From Asterias rubens (taxonomy: Eukaryota), in the NCBI RefSeq assembly GCF_902459465.1, contig NC_047062.1, positions 16,058,001 to 16,122,000 on the forward strand: a stretch of DNA of 64,000 bases, in the 5' to 3' direction. The translations under genes and the position numbers were made by a program. Every line of letters begins with the position of its first letter. Position 1 is the first letter of the stretch. A model generated the notes under the pieces. It saw only the letters and a program-made list of their open reading frames with translations. It was not told where the DNA came from and made no database searches. Positions 29,301-41,300 of the stretch are shown piece by piece.

Positions 29301-32300
29301 CAAAGGTTTCACACTTCAGGCTGAGAACTGTCTGGCATGTTTTGCTTACAATCTTTTATTCTTTCTTCAGATATCAATGAATGTAATGATGAAGATAGTT
29401 GTGTGAATGGCCAGTGTGTCAACCAACCAGGATCCTATCGCTGTGTATGCCCGACAGGAACACACATGTCTACAACGGAGGATAACACATGCATTGGTCA
29501 GTATTATCAGCAGGCATGATCTTCTTCCTACTATAGGCTGTTTGGGGTTTTTGCCTTTTTTTGGCCCTTGCACAAGTCACAAACATCATCATTAAAGGCA
29601 CTGAACACTATTGGTAATTACTCAAAATAATTGTTGGCTCCCTCTGAAGTAACTTCCTTTTTGAGAAATAGGTAACTTCTCACTCAAATTCAAAAAAAAG
29701 TAATGCAACAAGAGTGTTTTTTCTTTCCCTTGCAAATTCGATGACCAATTGAGCTAAACTTTTCACAGGTTTGTTATTTTATGCATAATGTTAAGATACA
29801 CCAAGTGAGAATTTACTGGTCTTTGACACTACCAAACAGTTCCAGTGTCTTTAATAAGGGTTAAAAGTCCAAAATACCTACATAATGTGCATCAGAATCT
29901 GCCAACTCTCCCCGATTCTGCGGAAAGTTCCCTGAAAATAAACCAATCCTTCCATGTTCTGATCAACAAATTTGAAAATCTTCCTGATTATGGAAACTTG
30001 TTCCCTTTATGTTGAATGTAATTCTAAATATTTTCCTGATTGCTGCACAAAATCTCCCAGAACTTGAATTTGATGCTCTTATTAACCACTCGGCCGTGAC
30101 ACCCTCTGAATCCACAGTGCAATTAAGCTTCCAATCTTTTTTCCCCGCAGATGTTGATGAATGTAGCGAGTCACCTGAAGTTTGTGGTGGAAATGGAATT
30201 ACTTGCGCCAATACCTTTGGTAGCTACACCTGTGAGTGCCCCAATGGTGCCATGTATGTTGAAGACATGCCCGGCTGCATCTACATGGACACCTTTACTG
30301 TTGGTAAATATACAAAATAACTTCTTCTACCACGCTCAGTGTTGTAGCCACAGTGGGCGGTACCAGGTTTGCGGCCTGCCTAGAACTAACAAATTTGGCA
30401 CAGCACTCGCAGCAAAATACACTGTGCGGCCCAGCACAGATTTCCCCCAGATGGTACTTCAGCAATTATGGCCCCATTTCTAAACATGAATAATTTTGTT
30501 GAACTGCTCGCCCTTGGTGGACTAGATTGGATTTAGAGCCCACCACTAAAATTGGTCTAGCTTACATTACTGTCCATGATCAATATAATTTTCAAATGTT
30601 TGCTATTTTTTTTTTTGCACTGTCAGCAGTAAAAACACATTTTAGGGAAAAATTACTGAGTTACGAATCTCTTATTGAGATTAAGCATACCAGTTGTTTC
30701 TTTGTTAATGTGAGGGATTATTTTCTCATTTTATTTGTATTGATTCATTATTATTATTCTTCAATTTTTCTTTCCAAGAAACAACGCCAGCTTCTCCCGC
30801 GACGCCCGATGAAGAAGAGCAAGGTCCAGAGAGGAAGGACTGCTACGCTTCTGTTGACGACCCCAATTTCTGCAGCAATACTTTATCCTCTAATGCTACC
30901 AGGCAGGAATGCTGCTGCAGCGTGGGTGCTGGCTGGGGAGATGACTGCCAGCTCTGGATTTGCCCGCCGGAAGACTCATGTAAGTCACTCAAAGTGAGCT
31001 AGTGCCAATAATTTCATAAAAGTTTTGATATTGATTTGATATTAGGTAGATTGATAAGCCCACTGTTTCACAATCGAATACCATATTGTACTAATAATGA
31101 TAACCGTATTAATCCTAATGACTAGTTTTTAGTTAGTGCATGAAACAATAATGTATTAGTGCACTTTACATTAGTGCCCTTGGTCATTGCCAATTGGGCA
31201 AAATATTTGACACTACAAAATGGCGACTGTGTTAGTTTACAAAGCAAAAGGAAAACCACAAACTTTGAGGCACACTTGATTGGATCATTATATTCTACTT
31301 TTACAGCATCTTTCCAGCCACATTCATTTCATAAGAAACGCTTCTTATCCAAGGCAACGAGTCCCTTTAACTAGTAGAAAACAAGTTTGGTTAAAAAGTT
31401 GAAATAAGGATATTATGTAACTAACACAATAAATGTTCCAGTAATAGTTGAACTTTGTGATTAAATCTTCGGAGTTTGTATTTTTATATGTATTCTTCAG
31501 TTGAATACAACCAGGTTTGTCCAATGGGGCGAGGGCATGCAGAGATTGAGGGCATAGAGGGATTGCATCCTGTTTTAGCAGCACAGAGAGACACAGGTGA
31601 GCAATGGACCCTTCCCATGAAATATGCTAATTACATTCACCCATGCATAAAGACCCTGTTGGTTGGCAAACTCCATAGAGTTGTGCACTAAATAGACGCG
31701 CAATCGCGTCTGCGTCACGCACCCATTACCAGTGATGTTCCCTACGTGCAATTTACATATTTCATTGGAAGGGTCTATTCTATTCAATTAAATTTATTTA
31801 TCATATTGGTGGTAAGTCATGGCCTAGCGGTTAAGAGCACCAGATTCAAGCTCTGGTGTTTGATCAGCAGAGTATGGGTTCGAGTCCCGGTCGTGACACT
31901 TGTGTCCTTAAGCAAGACACATAACCATGATTGCTTCCTAAAGTTGTGGAGGTAGTGCTTTCTGCTCTACCAGCCAGGCTTCTGATGGATGATACCCGAG
32001 CCTACATCCGTAAGGGACTGTGAAGGGGGTAACCCTGTTTCAGCCCAGGAGTACTGAGGTGGCAACGGCCCCTGAAAAAAACTTGCATATAAATCAAATC
32101 AAATCATGTGAAAACTCATTCGGGGTTTAATTTGAATGTCGTTTCTCTATCCTTGCAGGTATCAATGAGTGCAAAGTATTTCCACAGATCTGTGGTGAGT
32201 TATCCTGCTCTGATCTAAATATGATGTACACATGTGAATGTCCAGAAGGCCAACAATACAACATGGACAACAAGGAATGTGAAGGTATGTTCATTGTCTT

Positions 32301-35300
32301 TGCTCCCCGTGCCATTCTTTAGTAAAGAGTGCTCCCCTTTAATACGTTTTTTTATGAAGTTGTATCTTTCACACCTTGGCTTGTTGTTTTTTATTTTGGG
32401 TATGTGGTTGAACCATAGAGCTATATATATCGACTAGAGCACTAACACCCTGTTGTACGCCAATCGTACGGCTATTTGCATGATAGTGTGTTTGTTCTTT
32501 ACTATGGTGTCATCAAAACAGAAAATGCAGCAAATGTGAAAGCACAATCTCCTGATGAGCGAACAAACTGTGAGCGTCATGTGCGTCCTGTTTAAAAGGC
32601 GCGTATACTTTTTTTTTAGTACGTCAATCAAGTTGAACTTACGGTTTTCGTAGCGCGGACGTTCGCGAATGGGCAGTCGCGTACGTAAGCGCACATGCCA
32701 AATGTGAAAAAAAAAGTGGCAATGTGTTTCACTCAACACATCAAACATGTCTGCGTCCAGGGTGGATTCAAAACGCAGAGCAAGTTAGCGCTCTAGTCAA
32801 TATATATAGCTCTATGGGTTGAACACACAAAACATGAACACTGTCTGCATCTGTTTTAAACAGACCTGTGTAAAAACTTTAAGAGAAAATGTATCGCTAA
32901 CCCTCTCTACTGTGGCAGACCAGGGCCTAAGTTCATAGAGCTGCTTAACTGCCGATGTTGTGCTTACTGTGCAATTTCCATTTCATAGCAAAGCTTCGAA
33001 TGCTAACTTTATCAAATTGAATGACGGAATAATGCAAATTAATGTTGAACGGGCAATATGGCTTGTAAGCTAGTTTTTTAGCTTACCCGTTAAAATACGC
33101 TTACACCTTGGCAAATAAAGCACACAAATTTGCTTAACGTTAAGCAGCTCTAATAAATTGGGCTCAGGTGTTAAAAGCAGACGGATGGGAGTGTGTACTA
33201 AAGCCATCATTTGAATTCCCTTCTCTGAAGGCATTAATGAGTGTGAGACAAGCCCAGGTGTCTGTGGTAGATACCCCTGCGTTGATCTAGAGGTCTCTCA
33301 TACCTGCCAATGTCCTGATGGTCTCCGGTACAACCTCGACGACAGAAAATGTGAAGGTGTGTGTCTAGCTCAAAACATTGTTTCAGGTGTTGAACAAAGA
33401 CAAATTGACTAGAGCAGGGATTTGAACCAATGACTTCTGGATTAACATGGAGGCACTCTACCTACTGAGCTACACAAACATCTAGCCATTTGTTGGCGGT
33501 CTCCCTATTTTGTTACGGTCTTTGTCTGGGGGTGCTAGTCAGAAGCCGTACAACCGTAAACCGCTGTGTAGTCAGGGATCACAAGTTATCCCGCTCCAGT
33601 CATGTTGTCTTTGTTCAACTTAAATCATTTAAAATTTACCCAGTCATTTTTCCCTTGTGATTTATTGTTTGATATTTAAAGAGGTAGTATGATGAGTGCA
33701 GTCGGCTTAAGTTGTCGATTGTAAAAAAAAAAGAAGTTAAATTGACTTCTTGGGTTTTCTTGTCTGACCTCCTCAAGGCATCAATGAATGTGAAGAGGAC
33801 CCTGATATCTGCCAAGGAAAACAATGTGTTGATCTTGAGGTGATGTATACCTGTGAGTGCCCCGAGGGTACCCGCTACAATAGAGAGAACAGTCGCTGCG
33901 AGGGTAAGTCATTACAACTTCTACAAAAAAGAAAAATCTGTATTTAGTTTGCCTTGATAGATAGTTCCCATTTGACTAAAACTGAACCATTTTCTTTTTA
34001 ATGCACAACTATGCGTTTTGTGTAAATAGAGAACTATGTATTTACCTGGTGAGTCTTCAGCCACCTACCGCCCCAAGAGTCTCCCATTTGGTGGTGATCA
34101 CTCTACGTGGATTAACTCCTTTCAAATCTTTACTGGGGTGGAGGATTGGTGAGCCTTTCCCCTTCCCTTGTTGACTTCCTTCATTTGCGCCTCAAGCAGG
34201 TCAAAGTTTAGAGTGGTCATGTTTACGTTATAAAGAAAAGCTTGATGTGTTTTCCATCAGGTATCAATGAGTGCGACGTCAACCCAGGAATCTGTGGGAG
34301 TTTGCCATGTGAGGATCTGGAGACTCTGTATACCTGCCGTTGCCCTAATGGGTACCAGTACGATAGAGAAAGCAGACGCTGTGAAGGTAAACAATCTTAA
34401 TTGCTGAAATAAACTGATTTTTGTCACACAATTTTTGTTTTATAACCATTTTTTATGGTACTTTAACCCATTTTAATTGCTAATTTTAGCTGCCATTGTC
34501 ACTGATTTGAATATGAACAAAAAAGTTGAAATATTGCGTCGTCCCCCCCCCCATGATGTAAACCTCTGATTGTAAGATGTGTTAACATTTTTTGTCTCCC
34601 CAGAACTCAATACCTGTACCCGCTATCCGACCATCTGTGGTGAGGGGACTTGCGTGATTGATCGCTTTGGAGGATTCCAATGTACCTGCCCACAGGGACA
34701 GGAGTTCAGGCGCAACAGTCGCACCTGTCATGGTAATGTTTAACAGTTAAATTGGGTGTCCCGTTATACATAAATAGACTTGCAGGCATATAAATGAAAC
34801 TCAAACATTTTTGTAAATTCCTAATTCATGGATGAAGAATTGAGAATGTTGATATTAATTTTGTTTTTCACCCTTTTACCAATGTGTGTTCCACTGTATA
34901 CTCAGTACTTTCCTGAATTCTGTGAAAAAAAATCACAGGCATATTACTCGGGTGGGATTCGAACCCACGACCTTTGCAATTCTAGAGCAGAGCTTCCAAC
35001 TAGACTGCCTGGTAGCTAGAGGCAATCGCAACTGTTAGCAACTTGTTACTGCAATGATTTAAAGGCACTATTGGCAATTACTAAAAATAATTGTTAGCAT
35101 AAAAACTTACTTGGTAACAAGTAATGGAGAGCTGTTGATAGTATCAAACAGTGTGAGAAACGGCTCCCTCTGAAGTAATGAAGTTTTTTTTTTTGTCTTC
35201 TTAATTCCTCAGATAAGAACTGGTGTCGAAACAGTCATTGCGGTAATGGAACCTGTGTGGAGACCTTAGACAGCTTCCAGTGTGTGTGTCCAGAAGGATT

Positions 35301-38300
35301 TGAATATAGAGCAGAATACTACACCTGTCTAGGTTAGTCCACTAAAAATGTATATACTAAACTAAGCGCCTTGAGTACCTTAAGTTGTTGGTAGATATGT
35401 GCGCTATATAAGACTTTGATTTTATTTAATAAGCTACATGGATATCAAGCGACGAATTTGATTAAAACAAGAAATAAAAAATTTGAGTATAACAAATGAA
35501 CAAAAAAACCACATAATCTTTGCAGCATTTTGTAAGTCAAAGCAAATACATGTCTATCATAGAAGCTGTTTATTGTTGACGATTTGCTGTTGTTTTTGTT
35601 GTTGTTTACCTTGAAGCTCTTGACGAGTGTAGAAGATATCCAGATATTTGCGGCAATGGGACCTGCGTGGCCAGAGATCGCTCCTACCGATGTCAGTGTC
35701 AGGAAGGATATGAATTCAAGAATCAGTACCGTGCTTGCGTAGGTAAATATAAGCCTTTAAGCATTCTCTAAACCTGAGCTAAGGAATAGATACCCATCCA
35801 AACCAAGAACTCCAACAGTGTCTCAGCCTTCAAACTGGCTCTCAAGACCCACGTTTTTTCCCCTAGTCTTAGCTGGTCGACAGCGTCTTTGTATTGTCTT
35901 TTTTGCTTCAGCGCTTTGTATTCTTTGGCAATTGCTGCTTTATAAAGATAGTTGTTACTACTATACCTCATACATATTCATGACAGAGAGTCGAGTTCTC
36001 ATTGGTCCATTCATATCAGTTTTTTGCTAACTACCAAGTGCGCACGTGAGTATTCACGCAAGTGGTTAATGCGCATGACAAGTAATAGTTCCCCGGGAGC
36101 TGTTCTACTTGTCTTGCGCACTACCATTGCGCGACTTTATCCCCAGGCGCTATTGATCGTGGCACCGTTTTGTATACACGCACCGTTTTGTATACACAAA
36201 CTTATCATGTGCATTTTGTTTCACAGAAATCATTTTCTCTTGCTCAAAACTCGTGTTCCGGTAACTGAATATGTATGAAATATAGTAAAACAAATATAAC
36301 ATGGTTTATTTCGGGTGACTAGTCGATATTAGCTCCCCGAGGTATTGGAAGTTGACAAACTAGTTCCCGAGGGTTCCCGAGGCGAAGCCTCGGGAACTAG
36401 TTTGTCAACTTCCAATACCTCGCCTTGGGAACTAGTTTGTCAACTTCCAATACCTCGGGGAGCTAATATCGACTAGTCACCCGAAATAAACCATGTTATA
36501 TTTGTATACTATTCTGCTTGATGTTGGAAACACTGTGCACAATGTTCACTGCTCCGAAACTCATGACAGAGTATAAAGTTCTGCTCTACCAGCCAGTCTC
36601 CTGGTGGATGATACCCATGCATACCTCCCTAATGGACTGTGAAGTGGGGTAACAGTCCAAGGAGTAGGTGGCAACATGTCCCTGGATTGCAGTTGATTCG
36701 GGTCAATAGCCCAAATCAGTCAAGTGTAGCAGTTGATGTGGCCATCCAGACTTATGATGCGGGCGATATTTCATTAGAAAATATGTTAAATTTTTTTTTT
36801 TTTTTTTAAACTAAACATGAAACAGATTTGTCCTGATAGAACAATCTCTCATTTTGATTCTTCCAATTCATAGCACCAGTATATTCAAATGTTTTTTGTT
36901 TCTTTTTGCATGAAACAGATTTGTCCTGATAGAACAATCTCTCATTTTGATTCTTCCAATTCATAGCACCAGTATATTCAAATGTTTTTTGTTTCTTTTT
37001 GCCAATATGTGAAAAAAATCCAAAAAGGTAACAGAATATGTGACACTTTTTTATGTTTCAACTTAATAAATACTCATTATTACTGCTTTCTCCAGAAGAC
37101 GATCAGAGCATACCGATCGAAACGTCGAGTTAAAACCATGCAAAGTTTCAAACCCTACTTATTACAGTTAAGGATCAGGGTCATCAATAGTCTTTGTTTT
37201 TTTGTGAATCATGCAGTTTCCAATGAGTGTGTAGCATATCCCGATATATGCGGAAATGCAACCTGTGTGAACGGAGACCGCTCTTATGAATGCCAATGCC
37301 CAACTGGTTATAACTTCGATACTGAACATGGTTATTGTATTTGTAAGTACAAACACATCTTAAACTGCACAGTTCTTCTTTTTTTCCTATTTATCCTGGT
37401 GTTGGCAAATTTGTTTGATAAGGGAATCAGTGTGTGGTGAAGAGGTTTTCAACTAGTGGTTTAAACCCGCCGAGGCCAAGGTAAATTATCAAGAAACAGG
37501 CCTCGGCGGGTTTAAACCACTAGTTGAAAACCAATTCAACACACTTTGATTCCCATTCATAAATACCTTTTCGGTCAAAGAATATCAACACTTTTTGGTC
37601 AAAAAGTAAAATAAATGCAAAAATTATAACTGTTCAATGATTTCTTTTCAAAACACACCCCTCCAGCTATGAAATGGTAAGGCCCTCGGGTAAACAACTT
37701 ATAAAGAGATTGCTGTGCGCACCGCGCGTATCGTGTGATGTGGCACAACTGTTCCAGCCGTTGCTCTCGACCAATAGAAATGAAGAAACTGTCTTATAAG
37801 CACAGGTGCAAGCTCGCGTGTCACGCCCATGTTTCAACACTTTTTACTGGTGTTATATCATCCGTTCAAACAATCCCTCGTGATGCCCTCTCGACAAATC
37901 AGAATGGATAAACTGTCTTAGGTATTTATGAATGTGTATCAATGACTATAAAAAGTTACTTGGTAAAGAATACTGGAGAGCTGTTGATGATATAAAACAA
38001 TGTACTGATATGACACCTTGTAAAGTTATGTAGTTATAGAGGTTTTGAAAACATCACGCGCCATTCTGAACTGTCGGCTCGGTTTACGCTTTGTAGCAAT
38101 CGCACAAACGTTTGCCCCGAGTGGTACAACACCCCTGAAGACTGATTGTTATTATGGAGATTTTCAAGACATCACTTGCTGTATATGATTTTTTTAGCTC
38201 TAGGCGGCAGCAGACCAACCAGGTACTTTTGTAAATCCAATATTCTTGGTAATTTGCGCATGGTCAGAACTATGTATGTAGTGGAAATTACCTGGTAGTC

Positions 38301-41300
38301 TGCCGCCAGCATCCTGGAAGTATGCATCCAGCTAGCAATCCAAAGTCTGCCATTGATAACTTGTTATAACTCAGTGAATGACATGTGACATGCCAAGCTG
38401 GTTTCTGCAGGTGATAGGATGTTCTCTGTAATTTGCCCTCAACTTTGGAATCAACTTCTTAAGCTTCTTGGGGAAGCCAACAATGTTGGTACATGTAGAT
38501 TCAAGGTTAGCCTTCAGACAAACCTATTCAAATCTTTAAAAAAAAAATTAGCAATGAGGGGTTCTTTGAGTTAGCTTTTATCGTAATTGTTAAAGGAACA
38601 CGTTGCCTTGGATCGGACGAGTTGGTCTTTGAAAAGCGTTTGTAACCGTTTGTTATAAAATGCATGTGGTAAGAAAGATGTTTAAAAAGTAGAATACAAT
38701 GATCCACACACATTTGCCTCGAAATTGCACGGTTTTCCGTTTACTTTGCGAACTAACACGGTCGGCCATTTATGGGAGTCCATAAATGGCCGACCGTGTT
38801 TGACGAAGAGGTAAAAGGAACACCACGCAATTTCGAATGATACTTGTGTGGATAATTATATTCTACTTTTTAAACACCTTTCTAACCATATGCATTTCAT
38901 AACAAACGGTTACAAACACTTTTCAAAGACCAACTCGACTGATCCAAGGCAACGTGTTCCTTTAACAGTTTTTACTTATTTGATTCGTTAGTGTACAGGT
39001 ACTGCCTCTAATACCTGTATTTTAATGTTTTGTAAGTTTAAATTGTCATGATTGTTACTATTATTTGATTGATTTATTGCAGTAACGAATGACTGCTTAG
39101 CGTACAATGACATCTGCGGTAATGGATCCTGTGTCATGACATCGGATGGCTATCATTGTGTTTGCTACCAGAATGGTTATGAATATGATTACACCTCTGG
39201 AGGATGCATAAGTAAATATAAATCAATTTTTGTCTTTTAATAAATTCAATTCAATCAAGTCAACATCTATTTCCATATTGGTGAAAAAAGGAGAATAATA
39301 AACAAATTAAGTGCAATTATTTAAAAGGATTTGGTACTTAAAGGTTTATGGTAAAGATAATGATGATAGAAAGCTTCCCTTTAAATATATTACCGGTACT
39401 TGCTGAGGTGCTTTGGTTTCTGAGAAATGAGTAAAACAAAATTCCTCAGTGAGACAAAAATTATTTTTGCATGTACAGCGAATTTATGCGACTCTCCTGA
39501 AAACATTGCTCTGTGATTTCACTTTTTTTCATAAAAACTTGTCAACTAATGAAGCTGAAACTTCTACAGGTACAATGTAAATTATATTACATACATCTTC
39601 ATTCACAGTCAGTAGGGATTCATGTCATGTCCCAAAATTTGATCTACAAAAAGTTGACATTATACAATTGTTGCACGCTGTGACGGGGTCCATGGCGTTT
39701 TGGACACACGAGGGGGAAATGGCACCCGAGGGGGAAATGGCACCCAAGGCGAAGCCGAGGGTGCCATTTGCCACCGAGGGTGTACGAAACCCATGGACCC
39801 CAGTCACAGCGTGCAACAATTGTTTTGTTATACCTTTGTTTAATTGACCAACGCTGGGAACGATCAAGGTGATGTACACCGGTGTACATCACTTTTCATG
39901 TTACCTGGCCCGTCGAGCCATGTAACATGCGTTTTTGTTGCGCGCCACATGATTGGTTCTCGACCAATCAAACTTCGCTGTTTGTTATTGAGGCATAACA
40001 ATATTGCTTGTTATTTCTTGACCAGTGACTGACAAGTGTCTAGCGTACCCAGATATATGTAGCAATGGGACGTGCTTCAGTGACGCTGCTGGATATGAGT
40101 GTATGTGCCCTGACGGCTATGAATGGGACGGAACTCTAGGATTCTGTGCGGGTAGGAAACAGTTTGATGAACATCTTTGTCAGTAGTCAGTTTTAATATC
40201 AGTAATTCTCGCCTGGCTTGGTCTGCACGTTCTCTTCATAGAGAGACCAGCTTTTGCTGGACTTTCTTTGCCTTATGCCGCGGGCCTGGCCGTGGTTTCT
40301 GATTTCTTTCCCATTTTTGTTGTTTTTAAATGGTATTATTATTATTTGTAAGTATAATTTTGAGTTAAACAAAGAAAAAATGACCGTGGGATTTGAACCG
40401 GTGACCTCCAGATTAATGTACTGGCCCCTCTACCAACTGAGCTAAAGCCATAGGGCTAGATCGCTGAGTTGGTAGAGTGCTGGCACAATAATCCAGAGTT
40501 CATTGGTTCAAATCTTGCTGTCTTCAATATTGAAACCCCAAATTATTTACAATTTACCCAGTCAGTTTCCCTTGTGGGTTATTACATTGTGTTTTCAAAT
40601 AAAAAAAAGTTTATTTTAGTATGTAAAAAAGTCAACAGTATTTGTCAAGTAAACAAAAATTAATAGAGTCTTATAACACACCTCTTGCTCGTTCTGTATT
40701 CTGATTGGCTGAAACACGGTCACGTGGGATGAACTAATATACGCTAGTGATCGCGCGCGCATGTTTTGCTGAAATAGTACCAGAGCGGGCACAAGTCTTT
40801 GCAAATAGTGCCCGCGGTAACAGCGCCCTCTGTTGACTTGAACCGTGAACAAACTACAAAATTCCTTTTTCTGTTCTTATTTGACATTTTAAAACCGAGC
40901 TGTGTTATAAAACACATATTGACTAGCATAATTCGGTAACTAGTGTACGTCTATTCCCCCCTCGGGCCTGTGAGTGACCTGAAGAGGGGCCATTTCCCTC
41001 GGCCTTCGGCCTCGGGAAATAGGTCGCTCTTCTGGTCACTCAAGGTCCCTCGTGGGAATAGACGTAAACTAGTTACCTCATTGCCAGTCAATATGTGTAT
41101 ACTATTAAAAAGTTTGCTCTTATCTACATGTGCGCTGCTTCCTGAAGTACCTAATAATATATTTTCTGTCTAAGTGGGATGACGTATCCTACTTTTCAAT
41201 ATTTCTGTTGATCAAAGTCTTTTGTATATTTTGCCCTTAGTACTTGACTTATGCAGAATCCATGGCAGTACATGCAATAACGGAACATGCGTGATAGTCG

